A stretch of 64,000 bases of DNA, taken from the IMG/VR virus record IMGVR_UViG_3300020583_000010, positions 62,029-126,028 of that record; one strand, given 5' to 3'. Positions within the stretch are counted from its first letter, which is position 1; every line of letters begins with the position of its first letter. The notes below the pieces were generated by a model. That model was not told the origin of the DNA. It searched no databases and saw only the letters and a program-made list of their open reading frames with translations. Of this stretch, positions 1 to 10,011 are shown one piece after another. The translations under genes were made by a program, and so were the position numbers. Source of the DNA: a virus.

Positions 1-1077
1 CGGTATGACGGCATATATACGTTTCTCCTCATCCTTCAACAACAGAAGTGACTTTCTTGACTTGGTGTCATCTCCTAGATAGAAATGGCACTCAGTAGAC
101 TCAACTGCCCTTACTAAGGAAGTCAGATACTTGTGGTTAATTACTAGTTGTCTATCTTTTCCTGTCCATGTGGACGGAATAGTATCTGAACACGTGTTGC
201 CGAAGTTGTCTCTAGAGGTAACAGTTACAGACTTAGAAGACAAGTATAAACCTATGGCGTCAGTCTTGGTATCTGCATTTATACGGACTCTATCAACTGC
301 TTTTAGTATCTCAGCATGACTAACTATAAACTCTTGCTTATTTTCAAGAGCTGGCCGTAGAAGAATCTGTTCTACATTTGGAAAACTAGATGCCAATTTC
401 TTAGTTAGCACACAAGTGTTTCCTGCCATGTAGATACAGTGATTAGGAGAATCTGCTAATCCCACAGTAGTTATATTGTCATCTTTAACCAATTCCCACA
501 CTAGATTTACTGACGAATGTGGGATAGAAGCACTGAAGTCTCTTGGAAATGAATCTCCGAGGGAAGCCTGCGACAACCTCGATCCGTCACAAGCAGTCAT
601 AGACCCTTTCCGTATGCTCAGCATCCGCAGTGTAGGACGTAGAGGACTGTCAGCTATAGACTTTCGTGTTGCTCTTATAGCTGACCTGAAACTATCAGCC
701 GACATTTCTACTTGTGGCTTTACTAGCTTTGGAATTTTCGGGAACTCTACTGTGGGTACCTTTATAGTCCAAGAAGTCATGTCGGCAACTATGGTGACAA
801 CAGTACTCTCTAGTGTAAGTTGCAGAAGTCCCTGTGGCGCTAATCTCACAATATCTCTAAGTTTTCCCGCAGGCACTAGAAAATGGAAAGCCTCCTCAAA
901 TTTACCTGGCAGACTAGTTATAACCGTATTTGCCTGGTCAGATGCTGTTACTGTTATCTTATCTTTTTGGACTACTACTTTAAAGCACTCAAGGGCCGGG
1001 TGACCTTGAGATACAGCACCATAGGCCACATCAATAAGTTGTTTAAAATCTGTTTTAGATATATAAAGATCAGACAT
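1..1077 (-). CDS. dnaN: DNA polymerase III beta sliding clamp-like protein (3' end runs off window)
   Basis: Not in ORF track. Manual translation from ATG 1077 gives MSDLYISKTDFKQLIDVAYGAVSQGHPALECFKVVVQKDKITVTASDQ and the window edge reads DEEKRIYAVIP in the same frame (359 codons). Size, ASD motif and terminal strand resemble beta clamps. Confidence 0.8.
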   Translation of the reverse strand, partial: MSDLYISKTDFKQLIDVAYGAVSQGHPALECFKVVVQKDKITVTASDQANTVITSLPGKFEEAFHFLVPAGKLRDIVRLAPQGLLQLTLESTVVTIVADMTSWTIKVPTVEFPKIPKLVKPQVEMSADSFRSAIRATRKSIADSPLRPTLRMLSIRKGSMTACDGSRLSQASLGDSFPRDFSASIPHSSVNLVWELVKDDNITTVGLADSPNHCIYMAGNTCVLTKKLASSFPNVEQILLRPALENKQEFIVSHAEILKAVDRVRINADTKTDAIGLYLSSKSVTVTSRDNFGNTCSDTIPSTWTGKDRQLVINHKYLTSLVRAVESTECHFYLGDDTKSRKSLLLLKDEEKRIYAVIP

Positions 1078-1318
1078 CTGCTAATTTCTCTTCAGCTTCG
1101 GTCAATAGTGTCTCTACCATATTTTCTTTTTCTTTTAAAAGTTCAGTCAACTCAGTTATTGTAGATATGCCATACTTTTCTTTAAGTTGTTTTGTTATTG
1201 AGTCTAACTGATCTGTAGCAGTATCTCTGGCTGCCTCTGCCTTCAATCTTGCCAGCTTATGCCTGTCTGCTCTCTTCTTAAGATCTTCTATACGCTTCTC
1301 AGCATCTACTATGTCCAA
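1070..1318 (-). CDS. small coiled-coil hypothetical protein
   Basis: 82-aa heptad-rich ORF overlapping both neighbours. Confidence 0.7.
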   Translation of the reverse strand: MDIVDAEKRIEDLKKRADRHKLARLKAEAARDTATDQLDSITKQLKEKYGISTITELTELLKEKENMVETLLTEAEEKLADV

Positions 1319-2142
1319 CTTACTCTCCCGTCGCTCTGGCGCTTAAACTTCTCACACGCATGTGAGACATCACAATAGTTTAAGCAGCCAGAGTCACTTT
1401 CTTTTGGGGAGACATCGTTTCTCCAAATACTGTGAGCATAATCTATTATCTTATGCATTAAGTTAAGCTCATGCTGCTCAGTTATCTCTAGTGGCTTTAT
1501 CTTCTCTTGGCACATTGGCTGTATTAGAGCCGTCTTACTAGGAGCTCTTCTGTACTTGCCTTTTACCATGACATGGTAAAATACCAGCTGAGCTATAGTT
1601 GTCTTGTAATAATTTTCATTCTCTGTCGCCTTTAAATCATAGATCGCCAGCAGTTCTGGCGCATCTATGAATATGTCCAGAATGCCAATCATCTGAATTT
1701 TACGCGGTGTACCGTCTAATCCTGGAATAATTATATCTGTCTTTAGATGCTTATCAGCTTCCACATCAGGCAGATACGGTACGACCAAAGAGTTTAATAA
1801 AGGAACTGAATTATCTAGAAGGGTTTTACACCACTCAATAGACTCTTGTTTGTCCGTTCCACTCTTCCATCTTACTATACCTGACCCACTTTCCAACTGT
1901 TCTTGCTGACAGAGGCTTACAAACTCCTCAACACGATCTGCCATACTCCAGGAGTCACGGTTATCATCCTGTAACCACTCACGTAATATTCTGTCAGTTA
2001 CTGTGCCCCGAAAGAAGACTCTGACATCACCAGAGGGGTTTCTATGGCCAGTTGACTGAAGCCATGCTTTCTGCTTACAGTGTTCCCATGTCTTTAGTCT
2101 AGACCATGAAACTTTCAGGATATCATCAGACATTATAATCAC
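1309..2142 (-). CDS. PD-(D/E)XK Cas4/RecB-like exonuclease
   Basis: SWSRLKTWEHC N-terminus, GILD..IYDLK, QLVFY, C-terminal Cys cluster CLNYCDVSHAC. Confidence 0.85.
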   Translation of the reverse strand: MIIMSDDILKVSWSRLKTWEHCKQKAWLQSTGHRNPSGDVRVFFRGTVTDRILREWLQDDNRDSWSMADRVEEFVSLCQQEQLESGSGIVRWKSGTDKQESIEWCKTLLDNSVPLLNSLVVPYLPDVEADKHLKTDIIIPGLDGTPRKIQMIGILDIFIDAPELLAIYDLKATENENYYKTTIAQLVFYHVMVKGKYRRAPSKTALIQPMCQEKIKPLEITEQHELNLMHKIIDYAHSIWRNDVSPKESDSGCLNYCDVSHACEKFKRQSDGRVSWT

Positions 2143-2641
2143 TCAAATCCAGGACTACTACACCAGAAAAAGTATTTCCGCCGTCAGGTTCTAGTCTTCC
2201 CATGTTTCCCACCCTGAGTGCTGGAACTCCTACAGACTCTGCAGCTCTACATGTGTCTGGCCAGTCGTCTAAGAGCAGTATTGGTTCTTTTCCCTCTGCT
2301 CTTAGTTTTAATATATAATTAACCTTTATATCTGCATTTGAATCTTCATTTCCCGCTGGACGCAGTGTAAGAAAGTGGTATGGAAGATTATTTTTACGCA
2401 GCCACATTTCGGTCTCTAGAAGAGCCGAACCATCACGACCAGATATATAATGAATCTCGCATTTTGATATTAAAATTCTTGTTAGAACAGCAACAGACTC
2501 TATCACAGTGTCTCTAATGCATGCCTTAGCATAAACACTCCAAGTACTGAATTGATCTACTGTAGGTGCAAGATTATAACGATGACTAGTATCAGCTATA
2601 GTTCCATCAAGATCAACTAGAACTACCTTTTTCATATTCAC
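2126..2641 (-). CDS. HAD-family phosphatase (PNKP 3'-phosphatase-like)
   Basis: DLDGT motif I, SGR, K, LLDD motifs. Confidence 0.85.
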   Translation of the reverse strand: MNMKKVVLVDLDGTIADTSHRYNLAPTVDQFSTWSVYAKACIRDTVIESVAVLTRILISKCEIHYISGRDGSALLETEMWLRKNNLPYHFLTLRPAGNEDSNADIKVNYILKLRAEGKEPILLLDDWPDTCRAAESVGVPALRVGNMGRLEPDGGNTFSGVVVLDLSDYNV

Positions 2642-2668
2642 TCCTTAGTTGGAGCTAATTATAGCACA

Positions 2669-3604
2669 CTACGCTTCATCAATCAAGTCCTGAATTACTG
2701 TTTCCAACTCTGTCCCTAGTTCTAAGGATCTTATATACTCCATTACTGAAGAAATCGTAGTGATGTCTATAGAGACCTGACCTATCGAGGCTAGGAAGTC
2801 ATCTAGTTTCACTTGAGCCTCTCGTTTAGTCTTTTCTTCCATACGAAATATGTCTTCGGCCTTCTGAGTCTTAAGCGGAATTTTTCTAAACTCCCCATTT
2901 AAACTATTCCACAAAGTCACAGCAACTGACCTCTTGAGATTTGACTCGTCGAGACTGCCCCGGCTGAGAGCTCCATTATTGCAGAACTGAACTCCATCCA
3001 CCTTATACATTCCGTGAGGATTGTGGACGTGACCGTAAAAAACCGATCCCCTGTTACCCATGGCGGAAGCCCACTTGCCTGTATCATAGTATTCATAAGG
3101 TAATTCTTTTCCTGGAGGATACAGAGGAGCATGAGTTACTACTAATGTTTCATATTCTCCAAATGAGTCCGATGCTCTGTAATCACTAAGAGAACTAGAA
3201 ACAGTATCATCATTAAAACGTTGTAACCAGGGAACTCCATATACATTATTATCGAGCCATCCCTGAAGTCTCTCTGCTCCGGCCTTAAACAACGTGCCTA
3301 ATGGTTGCGAAGATATAGAATCCAAGCGATCATGTGAAAGGTCATGATTACCGGGTACTATACTCAATCCATCAGGATAGGCCTGAACTACCTCTATAGC
3401 ACTCTGTACCAGAGCATGGCTATTGCGACCTGGTGTCTTGAGATGAAATATATCTCCGGCCCATATCATATGAGCTTCATACTCTTTAGCTAACTCTACA
3501 GTTTGCCAAAGTAACTCTAGAACCTCATCAAGATAACCTTCTTTTCTTGATGCCGGACTATTATCTGCCAGATGAAGGTCTGCGCAGAGTAAGATGTTGC
3601 TCAA
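2669..3604 (-). CDS. SbcD/Mre11-like metallophosphoesterase nuclease
   Basis: ADLH, AGDIFH, PGNHD, YGHVH motifs; near SbcC-like ATPase. Confidence 0.85.
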   Translation of the reverse strand: MSNILLCADLHLADNSPASRKEGYLDEVLELLWQTVELAKEYEAHMIWAGDIFHLKTPGRNSHALVQSAIEVVQAYPDGLSIVPGNHDLSHDRLDSISSQPLGTLFKAGAERLQGWLDNNVYGVPWLQRFNDDTVSSSLSDYRASDSFGEYETLVVTHAPLYPPGKELPYEYYDTGKWASAMGNRGSVFYGHVHNPHGMYKVDGVQFCNNGALSRGSLDESNLKRSVAVTLWNSLNGEFRKIPLKTQKAEDIFRMEEKTKREAQVKLDDFLASIGQVSIDITTISSVMEYIRSLELGTELETVIQDLIDEA

Positions 3605-3840
3605 TCGTCTGTATTTCCGGTTACTAGGTTCAACGCTAACTCAGTAAATGCCCTACTAAGAGCCAGATTATGAGCATATTCAGGATCATGTGCATCAGTA
3701 GGATGCCTCTTAGCATCGCCTACACCCTTGTAATCTTTACCGTCATAGTCCAGGCTTACCACAGCTATTGTAGCTTCCTCTGTTTGAACTACTAGGTGAG
3801 CTAGGTCGCTGTACTGAATGCCATTAAGATTATATGTCAT
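3601..3840 (-). CDS. DUF1876-like (dsRBD-fold) small protein
   Basis: GVGDAKRHPTD..DPEYAHNLALSRAF pattern. Confidence 0.65.
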   Translation of the reverse strand: MTYNLNGIQYSDLAHLVVQTEEATIAVVSLDYDGKDYKGVGDAKRHPTDAHDPEYAHNLALSRAFTELALNLVTGNTDD

Positions 3841-4310
3841 TTGTTTTCCTTCTCTTGTCTAACTACGTCTCCTCGGTCATCTGTTCCTAGGCCGAGTCTT
3901 TCAAACTCCATCAGAGTATTAAGATGAAAAGCTGCATGCGCTAAGTGGTGCAGGCCTGACTCTTTATCCCACGTTTCTCCTGAGCGCCATAGATTTATAT
4001 GCCCCAATAAGGAACTAATACTGTATGACCAAGCATATCCTTTACGCCAGTTTTCAGCATCGTATTTTGCCGCTCCCTGGCCATAAGTTCTAGCAATTTC
4101 TGACTGTGGCCACACAGGCACCAATGAGTAGTGTTCAGGCTTAGTGCCCTTCTGACCTCCAGTAGACGGATCAGTGACTCTTACTTCAGCAGCTGCCCCA
4201 GATCGTGCTTCTCTGTTAAAGCCATCTTTCTTCTTTATTTGCTCTATACCATCTATCTTAAGAGAACTCAGTTGAGCTAGTACTCTATCTGACTCCCGCA
4301 TGTCGGGCAC
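3837..4310 (-). CDS. dATP/dGTP diphosphohydrolase-like (DUF5664) protein
   Basis: GGQKGTKPEHYSLVP, GAAKYDAENWRKG, DKESGLHHLAHA. Confidence 0.8.
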   Translation of the reverse strand: MPDMRESDRVLAQLSSLKIDGIEQIKKKDGFNREARSGAAAEVRVTDPSTGGQKGTKPEHYSLVPVWPQSEIARTYGQGAAKYDAENWRKGYAWSYSISSLLGHINLWRSGETWDKESGLHHLAHAAFHLNTLMEFERLGLGTDDRGDVVRQEKENK

Positions 4311-5215
4311 TCACCTAACTCTTCTAAAACCTGCTGTAAGTCTATTCCGGCTGAAGTTTCTGCACTTAAATACTCATTGCACTCATTGCTATACTTATGA
4401 CGTCTAGCGTATGCTGATTTTATACTAAGTGCTATAGCTTTAAAAGTCTTTAAATCATCATATGCGATAAGTAGACTATCAATTGAAACTTCTGGTAATA
4501 TACCTTTAATATTACCTAATTCTTCTAGTCTATCTTTAAGTACTTTAAGATCTTCTACCTCTGTTTCTAGCAACTGTACTTTCTTTAAGAGAGCATTTGC
4601 TTCCTTTAATGCTGCTGTTCTTATTTTTAAAGTTTCAATGCTAGTTAACTTGTCTGAAATCTCATCTAAGTCCTTATTTCTAAGCCTTAAGTCACTATTA
4701 GCCACTGTTCTACGTCTATTTGCTTTACGCACAGCCTCAAATATAGTTATTACACTAGTCAGTTCACCTAATGTACGGGCTACTTGGGCTCCAGGTGTAG
4801 TCAGTAAGAAAGGAGAGTCATGTTGACCTGCAAAGTTTATTGAACTTCCATCCCTGACTGGTGATATTCCTATTATAGATGTTACTTCTTCAGGAACATC
4901 ACCAGCTAATTTAGTGAACTCTCTATCTGTCTGGCCTGATTGAGTTATTCTATAACTAGATGAAGTGTCTGATTTCTCTAGGGTCACCTTATAAGTATCA
5001 GCTACAGCTGATACTGAAGCAGTCTTAAATCCCATAGTAATACAGGAAGAACCTCGTATGTTACTAGCCAGAGCCTGTATAGCTCTGACAGTCGCCGATT
5101 TTCCACAATTAGAATTTCCTACTATTACTGTTAAAAGTCCTAAGTCTAGATGCACATCTTTTAAAGACTGAAAGTTATGAATATCTATACTAGATAGCAT
5201 CTGTCTCACGATCAC
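4277..5215 (-). CDS. SbcC/Rad50-like ATPase, N-terminal half ending at zinc hook
   Basis: IHNFQS, Walker A GNSNCGKS, coiled coil, terminal CPTCG. Confidence 0.85.
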   Translation of the reverse strand: MIVRQMLSSIDIHNFQSLKDVHLDLGLLTVIVGNSNCGKSATVRAIQALASNIRGSSCITMGFKTASVSAVADTYKVTLEKSDTSSSYRITQSGQTDREFTKLAGDVPEEVTSIIGISPVRDGSSINFAGQHDSPFLLTTPGAQVARTLGELTSVITIFEAVRKANRRRTVANSDLRLRNKDLDEISDKLTSIETLKIRTAALKEANALLKKVQLLETEVEDLKVLKDRLEELGNIKGILPEVSIDSLLIAYDDLKTFKAIALSIKSAYARRHKYSNECNEYLSAETSAGIDLQQVLEELGECPTCGSQIEY

Positions 5216-5423
5216 ACGTATAGTCTATTATCCACTCTACTATGTATCCCTCATCTAGTAATCTTTCGTAATCTGTAGCAAGATCATTATAGTCTATGAC
5301 TGGTCCGTACACCCAAAAGTCACAGTTAGGAGACTCGAATCCTGTTCCTCTGGAAAATTCTCGTGTTGGAGAATCCTCAACTTCTTCTACCGGAAGCATC
5401 TCTGCTACAAGGTACCAGGCCAT
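5190..5423 (-). CDS. acidic hypothetical protein
   Basis: ORF with AGGAGG RBS, in operon. Confidence 0.6.
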   Translation of the reverse strand: MAWYLVAEMLPVEEVEDSPTREFSRGTGFESPNCDFWVYGPVIDYNDLATDYERLLDEGYIVEWIIDYTCDRETDAI

Positions 5424-5454
5424 ACTACCCTCCTAGCTGTGACTATTGGATTGA

Positions 5455-6543
5455 TCATACCACTTTTTTAATCCGATGGCAAGAGCCGCAGCGGGCAGAG
5501 GCCACATGGGGCAAGTCGCCGCCCACACTCATTAACTTTGCTTGTTCTAAGGGGTCCATGCTGGTATCATTAGCAACTGCTGTTATAGCCTGCATGAGAG
5601 AGTACATAGTGAGACTATCATCTTCTACCATATTCTCAATTATTCTCTTTTGGTCTCTTGCAGGAAGTGTATAGTCCTCAAAGAGATCAGTCAATATTTG
5701 ATTAATGTCTCCTTCTATAGACTGATGTGCCATGTCTTGAAGCATATGTTGAGAATTTTCTAATGGCTCAAGTATACTATTTACCGTCTCTCTAGCCCAG
5801 TCATATACATCTAGCCCATCGCCTCCAGCATTTCTAGTCCATGTTCCAGATGAGGCCTTGGTGTCTATAGCACCGTTAGTACACCACCAGCGGAATAGAT
5901 AACCATTCACACTAGTCTTACCCTTCCCTGTTAAAGAGTTGAATAAGCTGAGACCAATTAGCCACTCGTCATCCTCAACTCCTGTATCCTCAACAGTGAA
6001 TCGGCGTGAAGGAATTATCAGCCTGAGATGTGTGCCTGCTAGAGCATGGTGAAATTTCGTATCTACTAATATCTCTTCCTCACCATAGCGGTCTTCAATT
6101 CCTTCTAAAACATTATCTAGTATTCTCAAATTGGAGAAAGGTTTAATTGACTGACGAGTCACTGCTGCTGCTTTTCCTTTTGTAACAAGTAGTTTCGCGG
6201 GACGATTGCCCAATCCCTGCTCATTGTACCAATAATTTAAGTCAGGCTCTATAAGCCTAGCAGGAGCCCGCTTCACATAGGCAGCAGGTAGCCCACATAG
6301 GGAGGTTGCTTGTAAAATGGCATCCTTTGACATAGGAAGTTCCACGCCGCCCATTGAAACTTGGACCTGTACCTCTGCTGTTCCTTCTATAGTGTCTAAT
6401 CCATGGTTCCAGCCATCCTCAAGAATAAAATGTACATTTCCTTCATCTAAATTATACTCTCTGAGAGGCTCTGATTCGGCTAATGTATCTTTTACCTGAC
6501 TTAGCGGTATTAACTTATCACGCATTGTATCCAAGGTTATCAT
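5455..6543 (-). CDS. DUF932-family protein
   Basis: LSLFNSLTGKG..YLFRWWCTNGAI resembles the DUF932 NS..G/R..CxNG signature. Confidence 0.6.
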   Translation of the reverse strand: MITLDTMRDKLIPLSQVKDTLAESEPLREYNLDEGNVHFILEDGWNHGLDTIEGTAEVQVQVSMGGVELPMSKDAILQATSLCGLPAAYVKRAPARLIEPDLNYWYNEQGLGNRPAKLLVTKGKAAAVTRQSIKPFSNLRILDNVLEGIEDRYGEEEILVDTKFHHALAGTHLRLIIPSRRFTVEDTGVEDDEWLIGLSLFNSLTGKGKTSVNGYLFRWWCTNGAIDTKASSGTWTRNAGGDGLDVYDWARETVNSILEPLENSQHMLQDMAHQSIEGDINQILTDLFEDYTLPARDQKRIIENMVEDDSLTMYSLMQAITAVANDTSMDPLEQAKLMSVGGDLPHVASARCGSCHRIKKVV

Positions 6544-7712
6544 CTGAAGTCTACCTTTCCAAGGTTGAATGGATCATCATCATCTTCATCAGTTTCTACT
6601 ACACTTGGGGCATTCTCTGATGATATTTTTATCAAGTCTACAGCATAGTCAATTACAAGTTGGCGCCACTCATTATGGCCATCTGCATACTGTAGCAATT
6701 TATCTTCCCCCTGAAAAGCTCCTGGCTTACCTGCCGACTCTGGCAGTCCTGGGAGAAGAAGTTCTGGAGTTTTACTGAAGTAATACCAAGCACCTGTCTT
6801 AGTTACTTTATTATGACTAAGCAGCACCTGCAATGCTGACCAAAAGTTATCAAACCCTTTGCCATATCTTACTTTAACTACGCAACTCTTTTTAGGTGTG
6901 CCTACTTTATTCTTAACCATAGTTACTTTAGTCTCTGTAGCTACACTAACCTCTTCCATTTCATTAGTTAGAGCATTGTATCTCTTACCTTTACTAGTTG
7001 AAATGGGAGCAAACTCAATACGAACGCTAGAGTAGAACTTGGGAGCAAAGCCTCCATTAGTTGTCTTAGTAGTCACTCTCACATAACCTGTTGGTATGCT
7101 TTCCTTCATATGATTAATTAAGATTAGAGTACAGTCATTTACAAACAGGGAATCTACTATTTGGCCTAGGAACTGTCCCATTACCCTAGCTTGGGCTGCT
7201 ACTTGTACCTGGCCAGTGTCAATCTCTAGAGTAGACTCCGGCTGAGCCTCTGCGACGGAGTCCCATATTACCAGTCTAATATGCCCAGTGCCTACTAGTT
7301 CTCTGGCTAAGTTCGCGCCTTTTTCTAAACTTCTAGGCTGTGTTACTATAACACTGTCATGAAGCAGGTCTAGGCCTAAAGAAGCACAGTAGTCCACATC
7401 TAGGGTGTGCTCATAGTCTATATATAGAATTCTATCTGTTGAGTCTTCTAAAATAATTTTCTGTTGTAAGGCAGCAGCAGTCTGAAGGGCCAGTGTCGTT
7501 TTACCACTAGAGGTTGGCCCATAGGCTTCTATTATACGACCCACTGGTAGGCCATCTACACCTACACTATGGTCAATTGACATGTTGCCTGTAGTAAGAC
7601 CTTTTACCTCATCTACCACGTCATCAAAGGTTCCCGCCTTTAGGCCTGCCTTTGAATACTTCTTAAGGATATCTGATATCTCAGAACGGCCTTCATTCTT
7701 TTTAACTGCCAC
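6540..7712 (-). CDS. recA: RecA-like recombinase
   Basis: GLPVGRIIEAYGPTSSGKTT, WDSVA, INH, GGFAPKFYSSVRI, VKNKVG. Confidence 0.95.
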   Translation of the reverse strand: MAVKKNEGRSEISDILKKYSKAGLKAGTFDDVVDEVKGLTTGNMSIDHSVGVDGLPVGRIIEAYGPTSSGKTTLALQTAAALQQKIILEDSTDRILYIDYEHTLDVDYCASLGLDLLHDSVIVTQPRSLEKGANLARELVGTGHIRLVIWDSVAEAQPESTLEIDTGQVQVAAQARVMGQFLGQIVDSLFVNDCTLILINHMKESIPTGYVRVTTKTTNGGFAPKFYSSVRIEFAPISTSKGKRYNALTNEMEEVSVATETKVTMVKNKVGTPKKSCVVKVRYGKGFDNFWSALQVLLSHNKVTKTGAWYYFSKTPELLLPGLPESAGKPGAFQGEDKLLQYADGHNEWRQLVIDYAVDLIKISSENAPSVVETDEDDDDPFNLGKVDFR

Positions 7713-8286
7713 TAGAGTATCTTTCTAAGCGTGGAATATTTTCAATGGCCGCAGTTATAGATCCATACTCTTCTCCTACGGACAATATGTAACGACTTAT
7801 CATAAAAGCATCCACGTAATCTTCCATTGTCTTTCTAGCATCTACTCTATCTTTACCGTGTAGATCTTTATGCACTAACTCTGGAGGAAGATAACTGTAC
7901 TTCTGATCAGCTACTAACTTTATTGCCTTTTTATCCCCTTTTTTAACACCTTCTGGCTTAAGCCAGTGCTGCCACAGCATAGGAGGAATAAATACAATCC
8001 TATCTTCCATCCCATATTGCGTCACCAGGTATATTATAATTCCCTGAAGTCTGTAAACATCCCTTACTGTCTTAGTCTGTCCTATGGCAAAAGGAAGATC
8101 TTCTATTACAAGTAAGGAATCATCTGACTTCTTTAGTCCGCTAAACTCCAGGGCTACTTTTTCGGCAAACTTAAATGCAGAAGACTGCCAACTATGCCAC
8201 TGGTTTACTACTTCTCCATCACTCCCGATCTCGCAGCCAGCACTAAACTTAGCAGCGAGATCTAGAGCAATGAATGGAGTACTCAC
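7702..8286 (-). CDS. RuvC-like Holliday junction resolvase
   Basis: IALDLA, LVIED, DYVDA catalytic-like acidic motifs. Confidence 0.7.
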   Translation of the reverse strand: MSTPFIALDLAAKFSAGCEIGSDGEVVNQWHSWQSSAFKFAEKVALEFSGLKKSDDSLLVIEDLPFAIGQTKTVRDVYRLQGIIIYLVTQYGMEDRIVFIPPMLWQHWLKPEGVKKGDKKAIKLVADQKYSYLPPELVHKDLHGKDRVDARKTMEDYVDAFMISRYILSVGEEYGSITAAIENIPRLERYSSGS

Positions 8287-9188
8287 AGGTCTGTGAGATC
8301 CCCAATTAAGTCCTCAAAACTCAAGGACTCTCCGGCAGCATCATCAAGTGATGGAGTAGGTGCAGGAGTAGAGTTGTCTAGAGTAGGAGTTTCATTACTT
8401 GATCCAGCCTGAGCTAGAATCTGATCAGTGTTAGAAATTGCCACACCATTAACTATATCCCAGTTTCTCTTAACACGGTTAACTAGAGACTCTACTTGAG
8501 CTCTATCCTTGACTTGAGCTATTGCCTTAGATAGGTCATTATCCTCGATACGATTTTCTTTGAATGTCTCCATAGTCTGTGACTTTCTAGCGTCATCAGC
8601 TAACCATTCAGCAGTTTGAGAAATCATAATATTAAACTTCTGGTAAGTCTCATGCTCACAAGGACCTAGAATCAAATCATGCTTCTTAAGGTCATAATTT
8701 CCTTCTTTGACCAAAGCGCGAAGTTCTGCATACTTAGCTGCTCCAAATACCCACACTTCTGCGGATACCCCGAACGGCTTCTGTACTTCTGAAGAACCTG
8801 CTTTAGTATTATACTTAATTATGTTCAAGGCATACTTAGGTTGGGGACCACGAAACCGGTCAAACTGCGTAGAAGCCTCGCAAGCAGGGCAATTCTTAAC
8901 ATCCACACCTTGTTGGAATAGTGTCTCTTCATCTCCCAGGCACTGGAATGAGGCTACAAACTTATCTTTCCAGTCTTCGTAGGTGCTCTGATCCTTACGC
9001 TTTCTTACTTCCATAACACCTTTGCCATCTAGAATCACTGGCTCTACCAACTGATGTACAAAAGCCTCATAAGGTGTCTCAAGAACACAAACACGAGCCT
9101 TGTCGCCCGTCTTCAGCTTAAGTTTGGGAAAGGAATCTCCACGGTTGAAAGCTGGTGAAACTTCATCTGTAAAACTAATTCTACCCAT
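8283..9188 (-). CDS. single-stranded DNA-binding protein (gp32-like)
   Basis: His/Cys Zn ligands (CPAC), acidic C-terminal tail, position beside recombinase. Confidence 0.65.
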   Translation of the reverse strand: MGRISFTDEVSPAFNRGDSFPKLKLKTGDKARVCVLETPYEAFVHQLVEPVILDGKGVMEVRKRKDQSTYEDWKDKFVASFQCLGDEETLFQQGVDVKNCPACEASTQFDRFRGPQPKYALNIIKYNTKAGSSEVQKPFGVSAEVWVFGAAKYAELRALVKEGNYDLKKHDLILGPCEHETYQKFNIMISQTAEWLADDARKSQTMETFKENRIEDNDLSKAIAQVKDRAQVESLVNRVKRNWDIVNGVAISNTDQILAQAGSSNETPTLDNSTPAPTPSLDDAAGESLSFEDLIGDLTDL

Positions 9189-9198
9189 TTAATTTATC

Positions 9199-9696
9199 TC
9201 ACTTATCATTATAAGGTTGGATCTGAAATGTTCTAAGCCATGTTCTATGATCTTGTAATATGTCATTTATGCCTCTAAAGGCTACCTTTATAACATCGGA
9301 GGCCTCATCTAGCAGGGCTAAAACTTCTTCTGCCTGACGTAGTTTTCTACGGCTGTCTAGCACTGCTAAATCTGCTTCCGCATACCTCTCACGAGGCCCT
9401 TCGTACTGATCTCTATTGCGGGCAGAAGACTTTTTCATGTCTACTATAGCAGTAGACCATTTATCATCTACTGATGCTTTTAATACGGCCACATATCTAA
9501 GTACCTTAGATCTTCTTCGTAAGATCTTTATACTTATCTCTTCTACACGATCTGACTTTGCCCTAGCATCTAGTAAAGAGTCTAGTACTATCTGTGGGAT
9601 AGCTTGTGATGACGGAAGACTAACTTCTAACCTTAACTGTAGAACCTCATCTAACAGATCAGCTATGCCAGAAGTTAATTCATCCAAATAAGTCAT
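9199..9696 (-). CDS. helical protein, possible UvsY-like recombination mediator
   Basis: All-helical 165 aa next to SSB and RecA; function inferred from context only. Confidence 0.4.
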   Translation of the reverse strand: MTYLDELTSGIADLLDEVLQLRLEVSLPSSQAIPQIVLDSLLDARAKSDRVEEISIKILRRRSKVLRYVAVLKASVDDKWSTAIVDMKKSSARNRDQYEGPRERYAEADLAVLDSRRKLRQAEEVLALLDEASDVIKVAFRGINDILQDHRTWLRTFQIQPYNDK

Positions 9697-10011
9697 CTAT
9701 GCCTTAGTTGCTAGCGCAATCTTACTTTTAACAAGACCTGTTAAATCTTGTAACCTGATTGCTAGAGCTCTTGGAACATCTAAGTCTCTAGCCTTCAAAG
9801 CTAACACATACTCTACTGTCAGTAGTCTTTCAGCTTCTGCTGAAAGTATAGCATAGGCAGTACTTAATGTCAAACTTTCTGGTGACCTATCATTCTCAAG
9901 AAGGAGTCTTAATAAGTCATCTTCATCTAGTTCAACATCAACTTTAGCCCAGCTACAAGACTTTAACTCCTCAGAAAATCCTTTTGTTACCTTCATGCTA
10001 CCAACTCCCAC
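9697..10011 (-). CDS. hypothetical protein
   Basis: ORF coupled to the polymerase stop. Confidence 0.6.
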   Translation of the reverse strand: MGVGSMKVTKGFSEELKSCSWAKVDVELDEDDLLRLLLENDRSPESLTLSTAYAILSAEAERLLTVEYVLALKARDLDVPRALAIRLQDLTGLVKSKIALATKA

